Source of the DNA: an uncultured delta proteobacterium
Lineage (GTDB): Bacteria; Desulfobacterota; Desulfobacteria; Desulfobacterales; QNYZ01
Direction: 5' to 3'
DNA: 64,000 nt
NCBI GenBank assembly: GCA_963845145.1
Contig: CAWJQU010000005.1
Span: 800,001 to 864,000, forward strand
Shown: in pieces, positions 20,372 through 29,736 of the stretch
Position numbering within the stretch: the first letter of the stretch is position 1
Layout of the letters: each line of letters starts with the position of its first letter
Program-made: the position numbers and the translations under genes
Notes under the pieces: generated by a model
What the model was told of the DNA's origin: nothing
Databases searched by the model: none
The model's input: the letters and a program-made list of their open reading frames with translations, nothing else

Positions 20372-21913
20372 CTACAACCGCTTCACCGGCCCTGCCGCTA
20401 ATAGATAGAGTAAGGCGGAATCTTGATTCAGACCAAGCAGCTTTTGGGCGTCACCATCGTAGAGCGCGCCGATGCCGCAGCATCCCAACCCCAGCGCTGT
20501 GGCGCCCAGGTAAATCAGTTGCCCCAGACGACCGGCATTGAGCATGGCGTAACGGTAGCCACGAGGGCCGTAGTGGCCGTCAATCGCTTTCAGATTGGCC
20601 ATCAATAGAAAATGGACCGTGGCATGGGACAGCCACTTCTGATCCAGGCAAACCGATGTCATCGGTTCGATAAAGCGACCGGCCAAGACCTGTCCGAAAC
20701 GTCTATTCTCAGGATCGAGAAGGTAAAATCCGGGGTCAACCCCTTGGATATTCTCAGTTAAAAACCCCAAACGAAGGCAGGCAAATCGATTTTCAGGGCC
20801 ATCCTGCCCATGGGACCGGCACAAAAGATTGAGCAATGACAGGAATGTTTCTTTCGCCAGGGGCTCTTTCACGTAGTTTCGTTTCGATCGACGATTCATA
20901 ACCGACCAGGCAAAAGGGTGTTCATCTCGATCTTCGTCTGTGGATTCGATGGGTTGCCATGATGTCGAAGCAACGCCGATGTCGTTGGTGACCAATGGTT
21001 GATCTTTGGGAGACGATGTTCCCCTAAAGCCACCTCGATAGGCACCCAGAATCTCATCATAGGTGACCTCGGCATTGGACACCTGCCCGGCGGAGATGAT
21101 TTCGGATGGTAACGACTCCGGCTTCGATGACGTGATTGAAGCAAGACTGAGGCTTGCCCCAGCATTCACACAAACCAATCCCGCTTCCCGGTTTTCATCC
21201 AACCCGATCAGCTCACCCAGGGCTTCATCGTTGAAATCGTAGTGACAGGTAAATGGCACATTTTCTAACGCCAGCGCCAAAACCAGGTTTTCAAGAACAT
21301 GCCCGGTATCCAGCAGTACGTACCGAAACGCGCGCGCCCGATATTTCCAGGCGCTCTTAAAGAAAATACCGGAAAGGTAAAGCGATATGGCCGGCAATCG
21401 CTCCGGATCGGTCGTCAAGCCCAGATCGGTTGGATAGTGTATGATCCCACCCTGTCGGAGCGGGGTGAGGCCAAAATGGTCTGCACCGAAATGGTAAATG
21501 CCCGGTTTTAAATCGGGTTTTAAACCGTCGTTCTTAAAAACGCCTGTGTAGATTTCCGTTGGATAGAGGGCGCCGGCTGATGCCTGGGCGCGGAAATAGA
21601 AATCCTGTCCCCCTTGTCGACTCCTGGCGGTAATACCGCCGGCCAGATACAACACCCGTGCCAGCCCATCCTTGCCGAGCATGGTAGGTTCCGACGTCGC
21701 GCCCGGTTGTGACACCAGCGACCACAACGATTTTTCGGGAAATGAGGCAACGGGCTCGAACGTCTCGACGGCCATTTGTCGATATTGCTTAAACGGTATC
21801 GGCTGGTTGGCCCAATCCATATAGTGACCACTCATGCGATGACGGTCATAGGCGGTTTTCCAATGGTAGTCGGCACCGCCCTGGGTCAACGGGGTCAATC
21901 GGTTAGTATCCAT
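20372..21913 (-). CDS. SagB/ThcOx-family FMN-dependent dehydrogenase with two nitroreductase domains
   Basis: RAQASAGALYPTE, SAWKYRARAFRYVLLDTGH; second domain RRSKRNY...RGYRYAMLNAGRLGQ...GCCGIGA. Confidence 0.88.
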   Translation of the reverse strand: MDTNRLTPLTQGGADYHWKTAYDRHRMSGHYMDWANQPIPFKQYRQMAVETFEPVASFPEKSLWSLVSQPGATSEPTMLGKDGLARVLYLAGGITARSRQGGQDFYFRAQASAGALYPTEIYTGVFKNDGLKPDLKPGIYHFGADHFGLTPLRQGGIIHYPTDLGLTTDPERLPAISLYLSGIFFKSAWKYRARAFRYVLLDTGHVLENLVLALALENVPFTCHYDFNDEALGELIGLDENREAGLVCVNAGASLSLASITSSKPESLPSEIISAGQVSNAEVTYDEILGAYRGGFRGTSSPKDQPLVTNDIGVASTSWQPIESTDEDRDEHPFAWSVMNRRSKRNYVKEPLAKETFLSLLNLLCRSHGQDGPENRFACLRLGFLTENIQGVDPGFYLLDPENRRFGQVLAGRFIEPMTSVCLDQKWLSHATVHFLLMANLKAIDGHYGPRGYRYAMLNAGRLGQLIYLGATALGLGCCGIGALYDGDAQKLLGLNQDSALLYLLAAGPVKRL

Positions 21914-21935
21914 CTCGCCCTCCTCGCCGAATATA

Positions 21936-22760
21936 TTATCGCCAGGTGACCTTTGGATCGTTTCTAAGCGGCAACCGGCGGTAACTGTATTTAGAATAAC
22001 CCACCATCATGGCGCCATAGGAGATATGGCCTTCGGGAAGTGAAAGCGCCGCCTGCAAAGGGGGCCATAAATTGGCAGCCGTGTTGAAGTATCCCGCCCA
22101 ACAAGCCCCGAGACCCAAGGGCACAGCGGCCAGTTCGAAATAGGCCAGGGCGATGGTACACGCCACGGGAGCGGTGCGATCATCTTTGGGGGCGTGGGCA
22201 ACCACCAGATGGGGCGCATCCCGACAAATTCGATCCTTTCCACCATCCCAGGCGGAAACAAGCAGGTCCAAATGCATAGCGGCGGCCAATGGGGATTTTT
22301 CTTTAATCAAATGGCGCATCCAGTCAACCACAAGCCCGGATAATTTTTGCACATCATCACGATTGTAAATAACGTGCCAATGGACCGGTTGTAGATTACG
22401 TGCCGATGGTGCATAACGGGCGATATCGATGAGCCGCGTTATTTTCGCTTTTTCAACCGCACGATCTTTATAGACCCGAATGGATCGGCGATAGCGCAAA
22501 AATTGTTCCATCTGCTCGGGGCTTAGCAGAAGTTCTTTTTGAACGGATGGACAATCGGCGGCGGCCATTTTTTGGTGAGACATGGCGCCTTTTGGGCAAA
22601 CCGCCACACAGTGGCCGCAGCGGATACAGGCCAACTCTCCATTTTCAACCAGCGATGGAAACGCTCCTTCCCCTTTTATTTCAATAACCTTTGCTGGGCA
22701 AACGTCGACACAGATCCCGTCGCGGTTGCATTGATCCTGATCTACAGTGATAAGTGCCAT
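21936..22760 (-). CDS. Nitroreductase with N-terminal ferredoxin domain
   Basis: CNRDGICVDVCP, CIRCGHCVAVCP, RRSIRVY, APSARNLQP, LGACWAG. Confidence 0.9.
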   Translation of the reverse strand: MALITVDQDQCNRDGICVDVCPAKVIEIKGEGAFPSLVENGELACIRCGHCVAVCPKGAMSHQKMAAADCPSVQKELLLSPEQMEQFLRYRRSIRVYKDRAVEKAKITRLIDIARYAPSARNLQPVHWHVIYNRDDVQKLSGLVVDWMRHLIKEKSPLAAAMHLDLLVSAWDGGKDRICRDAPHLVVAHAPKDDRTAPVACTIALAYFELAAVPLGLGACWAGYFNTAANLWPPLQAALSLPEGHISYGAMMVGYSKYSYRRLPLRNDPKVTWR

Positions 22761-22776
22761 ATTCGATACTCTCCTA

Positions 22777-23226
22777 TTAAAGAAATTTGTTGTTTTCCAT
22801 CGCCAACCCCTTGCCGGGCAGACTCATCAAGGTTGACGTACCGTGGGCAATGAGGTGCCCATGCTCATTTTTCACATGGGCTTCTGCGTAGCTGATCTTT
22901 TTTCCCGAACGAATCGACCGGCCTTGGGCGACCAATCGCCCGCGATCGACTGGTTTGAGATAGTTCAGCTTCAAATCGATATTGACCAATCCGTCCGCTT
23001 CCGGGATGCGCATAAATACCGCCCAGAAAGTGGCCGTATCGATCAACGTGGCCACCACGCCGCCGTGGATAATACCGTATGGCTGCATGTGACGCCGGCC
23101 GATATCCAGCTCGATGGCGGCTTGATCCAGATCGATCTCCTTGAGTCGCATTCTCATATGGGTAGGATAGGGGCTGGTATTTACAACCTGATATAACTCA
23201 CGGATAAAAGCAGGATTGGGTGTCAT
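22777..23226 (-). CDS. PaaI-family thioesterase
   Basis: QPYGIIHGGVVATLID, LKLNYLKP hot-dog motifs. Confidence 0.9.
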   Translation of the reverse strand: MTPNPAFIRELYQVVNTSPYPTHMRMRLKEIDLDQAAIELDIGRRHMQPYGIIHGGVVATLIDTATFWAVFMRIPEADGLVNIDLKLNYLKPVDRGRLVAQGRSIRSGKKISYAEAHVKNEHGHLIAHGTSTLMSLPGKGLAMENNKFL

Positions 23227-23622
23227 CAGCGTTCATGTCTCCGGCATCGGTTGGGTTAACAGAGAAGTGAAATGATAACACATCGATAAGATATTGGTAA
23301 ACGATCTTGACCGAGACTATTCGGTATTCGTTCAAAAAAGAATGGTCACACCCAGAGGCTTAAGTATCATACCTGGCCTTCCCGTTTGGTGTTCGAGATT
23401 CGCAAATAGCGAATAAATAGTACCCATTGATTTGAACTCTGCCATGAAATTAAAATATGCTGATACTGCTCGAGCTGTATCAGAACCCGTTAATAAATGG
23501 CAGCATCCATGATTCAATTATTAAAAATATGAGAAAACAATATGGATGTAATAATACCCTTAAATAAAGCGATTTTTTGTTGCAGGTTTTGGCAGGTGCT
23601 TGATCAATAGTCTTGCATGGAA

Positions 23623-23650
23623 GCGGGTTCGACCCCCGCCGCCCATACCA
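23623..23650 (+). repeat. Degenerate tmRNA/tRNA 3'-end fragment (att-like copy 1)
   Basis: GCGGGTTCGACCCCCGCCGCCCATACCA gives a T-arm, an acceptor 3' strand and CCA. No 5' half lies upstream. A hairpin plus T-tract follows at 23706-23739. Confidence 0.7.
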
Positions 23651-23979
23651 TTAATTCTAAATATTTCGAATATTTACAACATCACGGCCCATTCGGTAAA
23701 AATTTAGCGAACCTCTCTTGAGATTTGCTTTTTTATTTTGGCCTATTTCTCATGGGGGAATGCGCTTTCCTGAGATAATCTCTGTTGGTGCGACAGATTT
23801 CGTTGGTTGTTATTGGTTTGGTTGAGAGGCCTTATTGCTATAAAAGGTTTATCCGTGGCGATCAGAACCGATCTATTAACTGACGTTGAATTCATAGGTT
23901 TTTACGGAAGGCATGGGAACAAAAATCCTGCGCAATGTTATAAAATTCTTGGTGCCGTCATTTCTAACCAAAAATTATT

Positions 23980-25035
23980 TCACTCTAAAACTCTGGTTTC
24001 ACCGATTTTAAAGATCCATAAACGCTTTGGACCAAACTCTTTTTCTAATGCCATTTTATTAAATAATTCCGCTGGTTCACAAAGTGGCTCCTCTGATAAA
24101 TCTATTGTTCCCCAATGGATAGCTATCATGGTTTGGGCCTTTAAATCCAACCCTGCTTGAAATGATTCCATTGGATTCATGTGATTGTTAAATCCATATT
24201 TTCGATTTCCATATGTTCCAATAGGTAGTAACGCGTAATCAAATCCGCCAATTTCAACTCCAATTTCCTTAAAGATAGTTGGTGAGAAGGCCGTATCCCC
24301 GGCAAAAAAAAGTTTCTTATTGGAAGAGAGAATTGACCATGAACACCAAAGCGTCTCGTTTTTATCAAAAAAACCGCGGCTGGAATAATGAACCATTGGA
24401 TGTGAAGTAAACTTAAAGTCCTTTACCGTTAAGGCATGGTGCCAATCGAGCTCATGAATCTTAACATAACCTTTGTCCCTGAAAAACTCTCCAATTCCCA
24501 GGGGTACACAGACTTCAACATCCTGCTTATTCGGAAGAGATTCAATAAAATCAGCATCCAGGTGATCATAATGATTATGAGATATTACGATAATGTCCAC
24601 TGCAGGTAAGCTTTTTGCAGTAATTCCTGGCGGGACAGATCTGCGCGGTCCGAAAATCCCAGGACCGGCACGTTTAGAAAAAAAAGGATCCGTCAAGATC
24701 ACTTTCCCATCAATCTTAAGCAAAGCGGTACTTTGTCCTATCCAGGTAATGGTATCTTCTTTCCCTAGTTTTTTGAGTTGATCAATGGCCCTTTTCTCGT
24801 CAATTAAATGGTTGGATGGAATTTTATCTGATTTTGATGATGAAAATATTCTATTCCAGATAAATTTAAAACCTTGCGTATGAGCTGGTTCGATAAACGG
24901 AAAATTTCTAAAACCGTTCTCAGCATGATGTTTTGGTTTATCCCCTGCCCACAAATCATAATGAAAGGATGATGAACACCCGATTAAAAAAGATACAAAA
25001 ATAATAATACATAGTTTGCGGTTGAAAATAGTCAT
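23980..25035 (-). CDS. MBL-fold metallo-hydrolase (NAPE-PLD/RomA-like), probable lipoprotein
   Basis: LIGC lipobox-like, TDPFFS, SHNHYDHLD, FAGDT, LPIGTY, IHWGT. Confidence 0.88.
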   Translation of the reverse strand: MTIFNRKLCIIIFVSFLIGCSSSFHYDLWAGDKPKHHAENGFRNFPFIEPAHTQGFKFIWNRIFSSSKSDKIPSNHLIDEKRAIDQLKKLGKEDTITWIGQSTALLKIDGKVILTDPFFSKRAGPGIFGPRRSVPPGITAKSLPAVDIIVISHNHYDHLDADFIESLPNKQDVEVCVPLGIGEFFRDKGYVKIHELDWHHALTVKDFKFTSHPMVHYSSRGFFDKNETLWCSWSILSSNKKLFFAGDTAFSPTIFKEIGVEIGGFDYALLPIGTYGNRKYGFNNHMNPMESFQAGLDLKAQTMIAIHWGTIDLSEEPLCEPAELFNKMALEKEFGPKRLWIFKIGETRVLE

Positions 25036-25054
25036 TGATTCTATGCTCGTTTTT

Positions 25055-25184
25055 TCATTGCGCCAAGTTTAGGGACCGGGCGATTTTAACCTGATGTTTT
25101 TAGAAAACAAATTGCTTTTGTTAAACCGCATAATTTCGAAAAGCCGCGATGTAAACCAGGTCCCCCTCGAACGACTGGTTACGC
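25055..25184 (-). mobile_element. Degenerate integron attC-like site
   Basis: Minus strand GCGTAAC-CAGTC-GTTCGAGG-GGGACCTGG...CCGGTC-CCTAAAC-TTGGC-GCAATGA fits R''-L''...L'-R' architecture with the R' GTT mutated. It sits about 20 nt from both flanking same-strand genes. Confidence 0.6.
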
Positions 25185-25202
25185 ACGAATTGGCTTATCA
25201 AA

Positions 25203-25784
25203 TCATGTTCTTGAATCTCTTAACATATATCGATTTTTGACCATGAATATTTCGGATTCACGAACAACTATAAATCCGAATTTCTCGTAAAAGCGTACAT
25301 TTTTATCCCCCTCTGTTTCCAGGTAAGCTTTTGCAGAGCAAGCATCCACTTCCCTGCAGAAACGCTCCATAAGCATGGAACCAACACCTGATCCCTGATG
25401 ACTCGGCAGCACACCTATCGGTCCAAGATGCCAATGTTGCTCCAGTGGATCGTGACAGCCCCACTCCGCATGCCATACAGACTTGCGCCAGCCAATATCA
25501 CTTTCATCGATTGCGCCTTTGGGGACATCCGCGACTTTACGTCCCTGGCAGGACTTCATCCTCATCACCCCGATAGTGTTATGGTTTTGTTTTGCCAGGA
25601 ATACGATGCCAGGCAATTCCATCAAAAGTCCACGAAACATTTTTTTAATTTCCATGCGCTGTTTTTCACCCTTCCCCCGAAAGACAGCTACATGGAGAGG
25701 ATTGTCGACCATGGCGACACTGAGAACGTTTGCCGATTCCTTGATATCACTATTTTCCATAAATGAAATCTGAACAGTGCCCAT
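25203..25784 (-). CDS. GNAT-family N-acetyltransferase
   Basis: HWHLGPIGVLPSHQGSGVGS acetyl-CoA motif A, AYLET, NVRFYEKFGF. Confidence 0.9.
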   Translation of the reverse strand: MGTVQISFMENSDIKESANVLSVAMVDNPLHVAVFRGKGEKQRMEIKKMFRGLLMELPGIVFLAKQNHNTIGVMRMKSCQGRKVADVPKGAIDESDIGWRKSVWHAEWGCHDPLEQHWHLGPIGVLPSHQGSGVGSMLMERFCREVDACSAKAYLETEGDKNVRFYEKFGFIVVRESEIFMVKNRYMLRDSRT

Positions 25785-25936
25785 ATGTCTTCCTTTTTGG
25801 GGATAGATATACTAAGCCATTTCCTCAATAATTTACAAACGAATGTTCAAATTCAGATGGTGATGGTGATGAGTTATGAGTGTCGCAAGATCGTCTCTAA
25901 GCAGTGCCAGGGTCTCGTGTTTCTCTTTCCTCATGC

Positions 25937-26410
25937 TCAAAGAAGTGAAACCGCTATCGCCATACCCACTCCAAAGAACGCGTGATTAGCCAGGCTCGTT
26001 AAAGAACTTTTAACCCCTTCGGGAGATCGCAAGCCGAATATGCCAAAGCCCATCGAGGGGTATACAAGAAATAGAGAGGCCACCGTTGTCGTGACACCAT
26101 AGACAAATGTCCATATAGGGGACACGGGCCCGCCAACAAGGAAATCCCATCCGAGCACGAATGGGATCGCGAGTCCCACACCGATGGCGTAATGCGTTAA
26201 GTAACCATAAACCATCTCGTTGGGGACGGGTTCTATTTCGTCCGGATGGGTATACCGAAAGCGGCCGTTTGCCCATCCTACGGCCATCCTGCCAATAATC
26301 CTCACATCGATCTTGGAGATCACCCTATATCGGGCGAAGAGATGATTCAACGAATCCATTATCAACGTTCCCAACACGCCTGCAATAAATCCCGTTAGGA
26401 TAAGATCCAT
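25937..26410 (-). CDS. DUF2938-like membrane protein
   Basis: GVLGTLIMD, IGR...GRFRY, THYAIGV, PSMGFG, SLANHAFFGVG; several TM helices. Confidence 0.75.
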   Translation of the reverse strand: MDLILTGFIAGVLGTLIMDSLNHLFARYRVISKIDVRIIGRMAVGWANGRFRYTHPDEIEPVPNEMVYGYLTHYAIGVGLAIPFVLGWDFLVGGPVSPIWTFVYGVTTTVASLFLVYPSMGFGIFGLRSPEGVKSSLTSLANHAFFGVGMAIAVSLL

Positions 26411-26527
26411 TCCCCCCCCGATGCCCGCGCACGAGATAGTAGATTTCCTGCAATCAAACTGAACACATCAGTAATATAAAAAGATTTTGTAATAAACGTT
26501 GGTTAGCAACTAATTCTTATTAGCTAC

Positions 26528-26773
26528 TTAATTGTATACGATTTCTTGTGCTTCCTTTGTAACAGTACGCAGGTCTTTGCCTTCTATTTCCAATTCGATG
26601 CCAAACTTACGCTCGACCATCTTCTTAATTCTTCGGGGACCTAATTTGTATATGCCAAAGTCAAGTCCGTTCTCAATACAGTATTTCATTTGACCGGCAT
26701 ACCTTGCCTTGTTGAACCCGCAACCCAAAAATCGTACTTTTTCGCGTATCATGTTCCACCCTTTAAGACTCAT
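26528..26773 (-). CDS. Small hypothetical protein, translationally coupled to the MarR gene
   Basis: ATGA-type 4-bp overlap with the MarR stop; no recognisable family. Confidence 0.6.
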   Translation of the reverse strand: MSLKGWNMIREKVRFLGCGFNKARYAGQMKYCIENGLDFGIYKLGPRRIKKMVERKFGIELEIEGKDLRTVTKEAQEIVYN

Positions 26774-27303
26774 TTTCTTTTGAATGCATTCTGCAATGTA
26801 TTTAAAAATCTTATGGCGTTGCGCTGTTCGTTTTCTGATAAAACAGATATAAGCTCTGAGCTTGATTCCTTAAAGGCATGCATGCATTTTTCCCAGGCAG
26901 CAAAACCTTCAGGAGTTTCGGAAAGCAGCGTCAAGCGACGATCATGAGAGGCAACCGTAACTCTAATCCATTTCTTCTCGAATAAAATTTTCACTATTTT
27001 CGAGACGTTTGATTTTTCAAACAGTAGTGTCTCGCCAAGCTCTTTTTGAGAGAGTGGTCCTTGCCAGACAATTTCGTTCAAAACGCTAAACTGTTGCTGT
27101 TTCAGACCAAATCGTTGACAAACGTGGTTCATTTCCCTTTGAAGAAAATGGCCACATTTTAATAACCTTTGAACGATTGTTGTCACATTTTCAGCCGGTG
27201 ACGAACTTTTTACATTCCTCTGGACTGACTTTTGATACCTTTTCTTCACCTTTGGGCACACCTTAAATGGGATATTTAGTTTCCATTTCAACCAATATGT
27301 CAA
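26770..27303 (-). CDS. MarR-family regulator (likely start GTG at 27249)
   Basis: GLKQQQFSVL, LSQKELG...KSNVSKIV, DRR motif. Operator-like inverted repeats at 27272-27328 overlap the annotated N-terminus. Confidence 0.85.
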   Translation of the reverse strand: MTYWLKWKLNIPFKVCPKVKKRYQKSVQRNVKSSSPAENVTTIVQRLLKCGHFLQREMNHVCQRFGLKQQQFSVLNEIVWQGPLSQKELGETLLFEKSNVSKIVKILFEKKWIRVTVASHDRRLTLLSETPEGFAAWEKCMHAFKESSSELISVLSENEQRNAIRFLNTLQNAFKRK

Positions 27304-27612
27304 AATGGTTTCTATGTCAACTAAATATTTCTCATTGTCATAAATTTAGAAGCGGATTCATTTGATTGGAATCAACCACCTGACTTGCCCATAAACCGAC
27401 CCAGGTTTCTATAAAAGATATGATAAGCCCGGTTAAGGAGGGCTGGATGGGATAGTCTGAACTGAGGAATGTTGCCAATATTCAACGGTTAGTGCAAATT
27501 GAAATATGCGTTAGAATGCTTTCGATATTGTCTGTTATAACCATGACGTCAAATCAGGCCAAATTCTAAATATAGTTTTTGGGCTGGTGGTGTGTGATGC
27601 ACTGAAAAAAGG

Positions 27613-27680
27613 ATATTCGGTAAACCGCTGCAAACCCTTGTGGCTGTATGGGCCAACGTAGGCTCGACTCCCGCCGCCTA
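27613..27680 (+). repeat. 68-bp direct repeat ending in a tmRNA-like 3' fragment (att-like copy 2)
   Basis: 61 of 68 positions identical to 29664-29731 by manual alignment; ends GTAGGCTCGACTCCCGCCGCCTA. Confidence 0.85.
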
Positions 27681-27691
27681 TGATCCTATGC

Positions 27692-27743
27692 TTGACTAAA
27701 TATTAATACTTGACAAATTTGTCAAGACAATCTATTTAGTCAA
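27692..27743. promoter_or_regulatory. Nested 52-bp inverted repeat (putative autorepression operator) over the promoter of the AbiE-like operon
   Basis: TTGACTAAATA-N6-CTTGACAAATTTGTCAAG-N6-TATTTAGTCAA; both palindromes are perfect and share one centre, ending 3 nt before the ATG. Confidence 0.8.
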
Positions 27744-27746
27744 ATA

Positions 27747-28802
27747 ATGATAACTTTATTCGAAAAACAAGCCATTACAAAAGTCCCTGAGATTCTGGCG
27801 AAATTGCTTGAGTTGCCGGGCAAAGACGTGTTTGTTGTTTCCCAAGAGAGCAAAGCCGGTCTGGATTTTCTTGTGAGAGCAGCAGATTACCATTTCCAGC
27901 TGGAATGTAAAAGCTCATCCTCCAGAGCGCCACTGCTTATGGCATTACGTCAAATTATGGAGTTCAGGAATTCCTTTAATAAGGAAGACATTCCTTTGAT
28001 TGTCGTGCCCTATATGGGAAGGTCCGGCATGGATTTCTGTAAAGAACATCGTTTGTCTTGGATTGATCTATCAGGAAACGCTCATATCAAAGCACCAAGG
28101 CTTTTGATTCATATCGAGGGCCGACCAAATAAATTTAAAAAAGCCGGCCGGCCGGCCAACGTGTTTGCACCAAAAGGTGCCCGAATCGTACGGCAGTTGC
28201 TTATTGATCCGAAACAAGGCCACAACCAGCGAGAGCTCTCGCAAATCACAGGTTTGGATGAGGGATATACCAGCCGGATTGTCCGAAGACTGGAAGCGCT
28301 CAATCTGATTGATAGAGATGATAAGGGGGCTTTGAAGCCATCAAATCCGGATGAGCTTCTTGACGCCTGGCTTGAGGCTTACGATTTTTCAAAACATCAG
28401 ATCATCAAAGGACACGTTGCCGCTCGATCAGGAGAGGAATTGCTCAGAAGGATGACCCGGATCCTTTCTGATCAAAAAATCGATTACGCGGCAACGGGAC
28501 TGGCCGGCACTTGGCAATATACCCACTTCACCAAATTCCGCATGGTCACTCTATTTTTAGCAGATTTGCCTGGAAGTAACCTTTTCGACCAGCTCCATTT
28601 TAGAGAGGATGATCGTGGCGCCAACACCTGGCTGGTAGTTCCCAACGATAAAGGCGTTTTCCATGGTTCGTCGGATCAGGAGGGTATTGTCTGCGTGCAT
28701 CCTGTTCAAGTATATCTTGATCTCAAGGGGCACCCTGAACGGGCGAAAGAGGCCGCTTCGATGGTCCGAAAGGAGAAACTAAATTGGAGGCGGGATGCCT
28801 GA
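27747..28802 (+). CDS. Type IV TA AbiEi-like antitoxin / winged-HTH regulator
   Basis: WIDLSGNAHI, HTH NQRELSQITGLDEGYTSRIVRRL, YAATG, C-terminal VHPVQVYLDL...ERAKEAA. Confidence 0.7.
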   Translation: MITLFEKQAITKVPEILAKLLELPGKDVFVVSQESKAGLDFLVRAADYHFQLECKSSSSRAPLLMALRQIMEFRNSFNKEDIPLIVVPYMGRSGMDFCKEHRLSWIDLSGNAHIKAPRLLIHIEGRPNKFKKAGRPANVFAPKGARIVRQLLIDPKQGHNQRELSQITGLDEGYTSRIVRRLEALNLIDRDDKGALKPSNPDELLDAWLEAYDFSKHQIIKGHVAARSGEELLRRMTRILSDQKIDYAATGLAGTWQYTHFTKFRMVTLFLADLPGSNLFDQLHFREDDRGANTWLVVPNDKGVFHGSSDQEGIVCVHPVQVYLDLKGHPERAKEAASMVRKEKLNWRRDA

Positions 28803-29655
28803 AAAACCTTTATTTGCGTACGATTACACTAAAGAAAGTGTAGAGTTAGTTCGCCAAACCTGCCTTTACGTTTCCACAAAACTCGGAGATTTGTTAGATG
28901 ATATAGTGGTCGTTGGTGGCCTGGTGCCCTCGCTTTTGATTCCGGATGATTCCCTTCCTGCAGGTGAAGATGTCCATATCGGCACCATGGATTTGGATCT
29001 TGGCCTTTCTTTGGCGATCCTTGATAGGAAACGATATGAGGATCTTACCCAAAGGCTTCACAGATCGGGTTTTGAGCCGGATGAAAACGCGGAGGGTAAT
29101 CCAACATTACAACGATGGAAGGTTCGCACATCCTCTGGCTTGAAAGTGACTGTGGATTTTCTGATTCCACCAAGCCTTGATACTGACAAGGGAGGGGATT
29201 TACGCCACATTGAAAAGGATTTTGCGGCCGTCATAACGCCAGGCCTTCGTTTGGCTTTTCAGGATAAAAAGAAAGTCCCATTAAAAGGCGTCACTTTGAT
29301 GGGTGAAAAGGCTGAACGTGAAATATGGGTATGTGGTCCTGGCGCATTTATAGTGCTGAAAGCCCTGGCCTTTCATCAAAGAGGTGAAAATAAAGACGCG
29401 TATGATCTTTTTTTTGTGATCCGAAACTATGGCAGTGGTATTGATGAGGTCTGCGAATGCCTAAGCCCTATATTGAAGGATACAGAAACAAAAAAGGCGT
29501 TTGAAATCTTGACCCGTGACTTTGTTGATCCGGATAGTCTTGGGCCGAGTCGTGTGGCGCAGTTTCAATATAATGAGCTGAATCCTGATCTCCAGGCGGA
29601 TGTCGCTGGATATATCCGTGAGCTGTTGGATAAATGCTCGAAAGCTGGATCGTAG
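28795..29655 (+). CDS. Pol-beta-like nucleotidyltransferase (AbiEii-like putative toxin)
   Basis: VVVGGLV...GTMDLDL NTase signature, VDFL, LKALAF...KDAYDL; 8-bp overlap with the upstream gene. Confidence 0.7.
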   Translation: MPEKPLFAYDYTKESVELVRQTCLYVSTKLGDLLDDIVVVGGLVPSLLIPDDSLPAGEDVHIGTMDLDLGLSLAILDRKRYEDLTQRLHRSGFEPDENAEGNPTLQRWKVRTSSGLKVTVDFLIPPSLDTDKGGDLRHIEKDFAAVITPGLRLAFQDKKKVPLKGVTLMGEKAEREIWVCGPGAFIVLKALAFHQRGENKDAYDLFFVIRNYGSGIDEVCECLSPILKDTETKKAFEILTRDFVDPDSLGPSRVAQFQYNELNPDLQADVAGYIRELLDKCSKAGS

Positions 29656-29663
29656 AATGGCGA

Positions 29664-29736
29664 ATATTCGGTAAACTACCGTAAACCCTTGTGGCTGTAT
29701 AGACCAACGTAGGTTCGACTCCCGCCGCCTACACCA
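29664..29736 (+). repeat. 68-bp direct repeat plus CCA, tmRNA-like 3' end (att-like copy 3)
   Basis: Ends GTAGGTTCGACTCCCGCCGCCTACACCA. An IHF-consensus TATCAAATAGTTA follows at 29751-63 and a hairpin plus T-tract at 29802-29838. Confidence 0.85.

Noticed and set aside
20372..21913. Thiazole/oxazole RiPP biosynthetic cluster
   Set aside because: The SagB-like gene has no YcaO/E1 partner, precursor peptide or exporter in the window.
23332..23517. 61-aa minus-strand ORF and the 117-aa plus-strand ORF at 23807-24160
   Set aside because: No SD or family motif. The first spans a DNA palindrome; the second overlaps the MBL gene antisense.
23290..23650. Intact tmRNA or tRNA gene ending at 23650 (likewise at 29736)
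   Set aside because: No complementary 5' acceptor strand (GGGGGCG-like), D-loop or anticodon arm upstream at tRNA or tmRNA distance; the acceptor 3' strand is itself mutated.
23860..23945. Additional attC sites after the MBL gene and near 26490-26510
   Set aside because: Only isolated TAAC or GTYAG half-motifs; the L boxes do not pair.
23623..29736. CRISPR array from the recurring GTTCGACTCCCGCCGCC word
   Set aside because: Only three copies, 2-4 kb apart with genes between them, and no cas genes.
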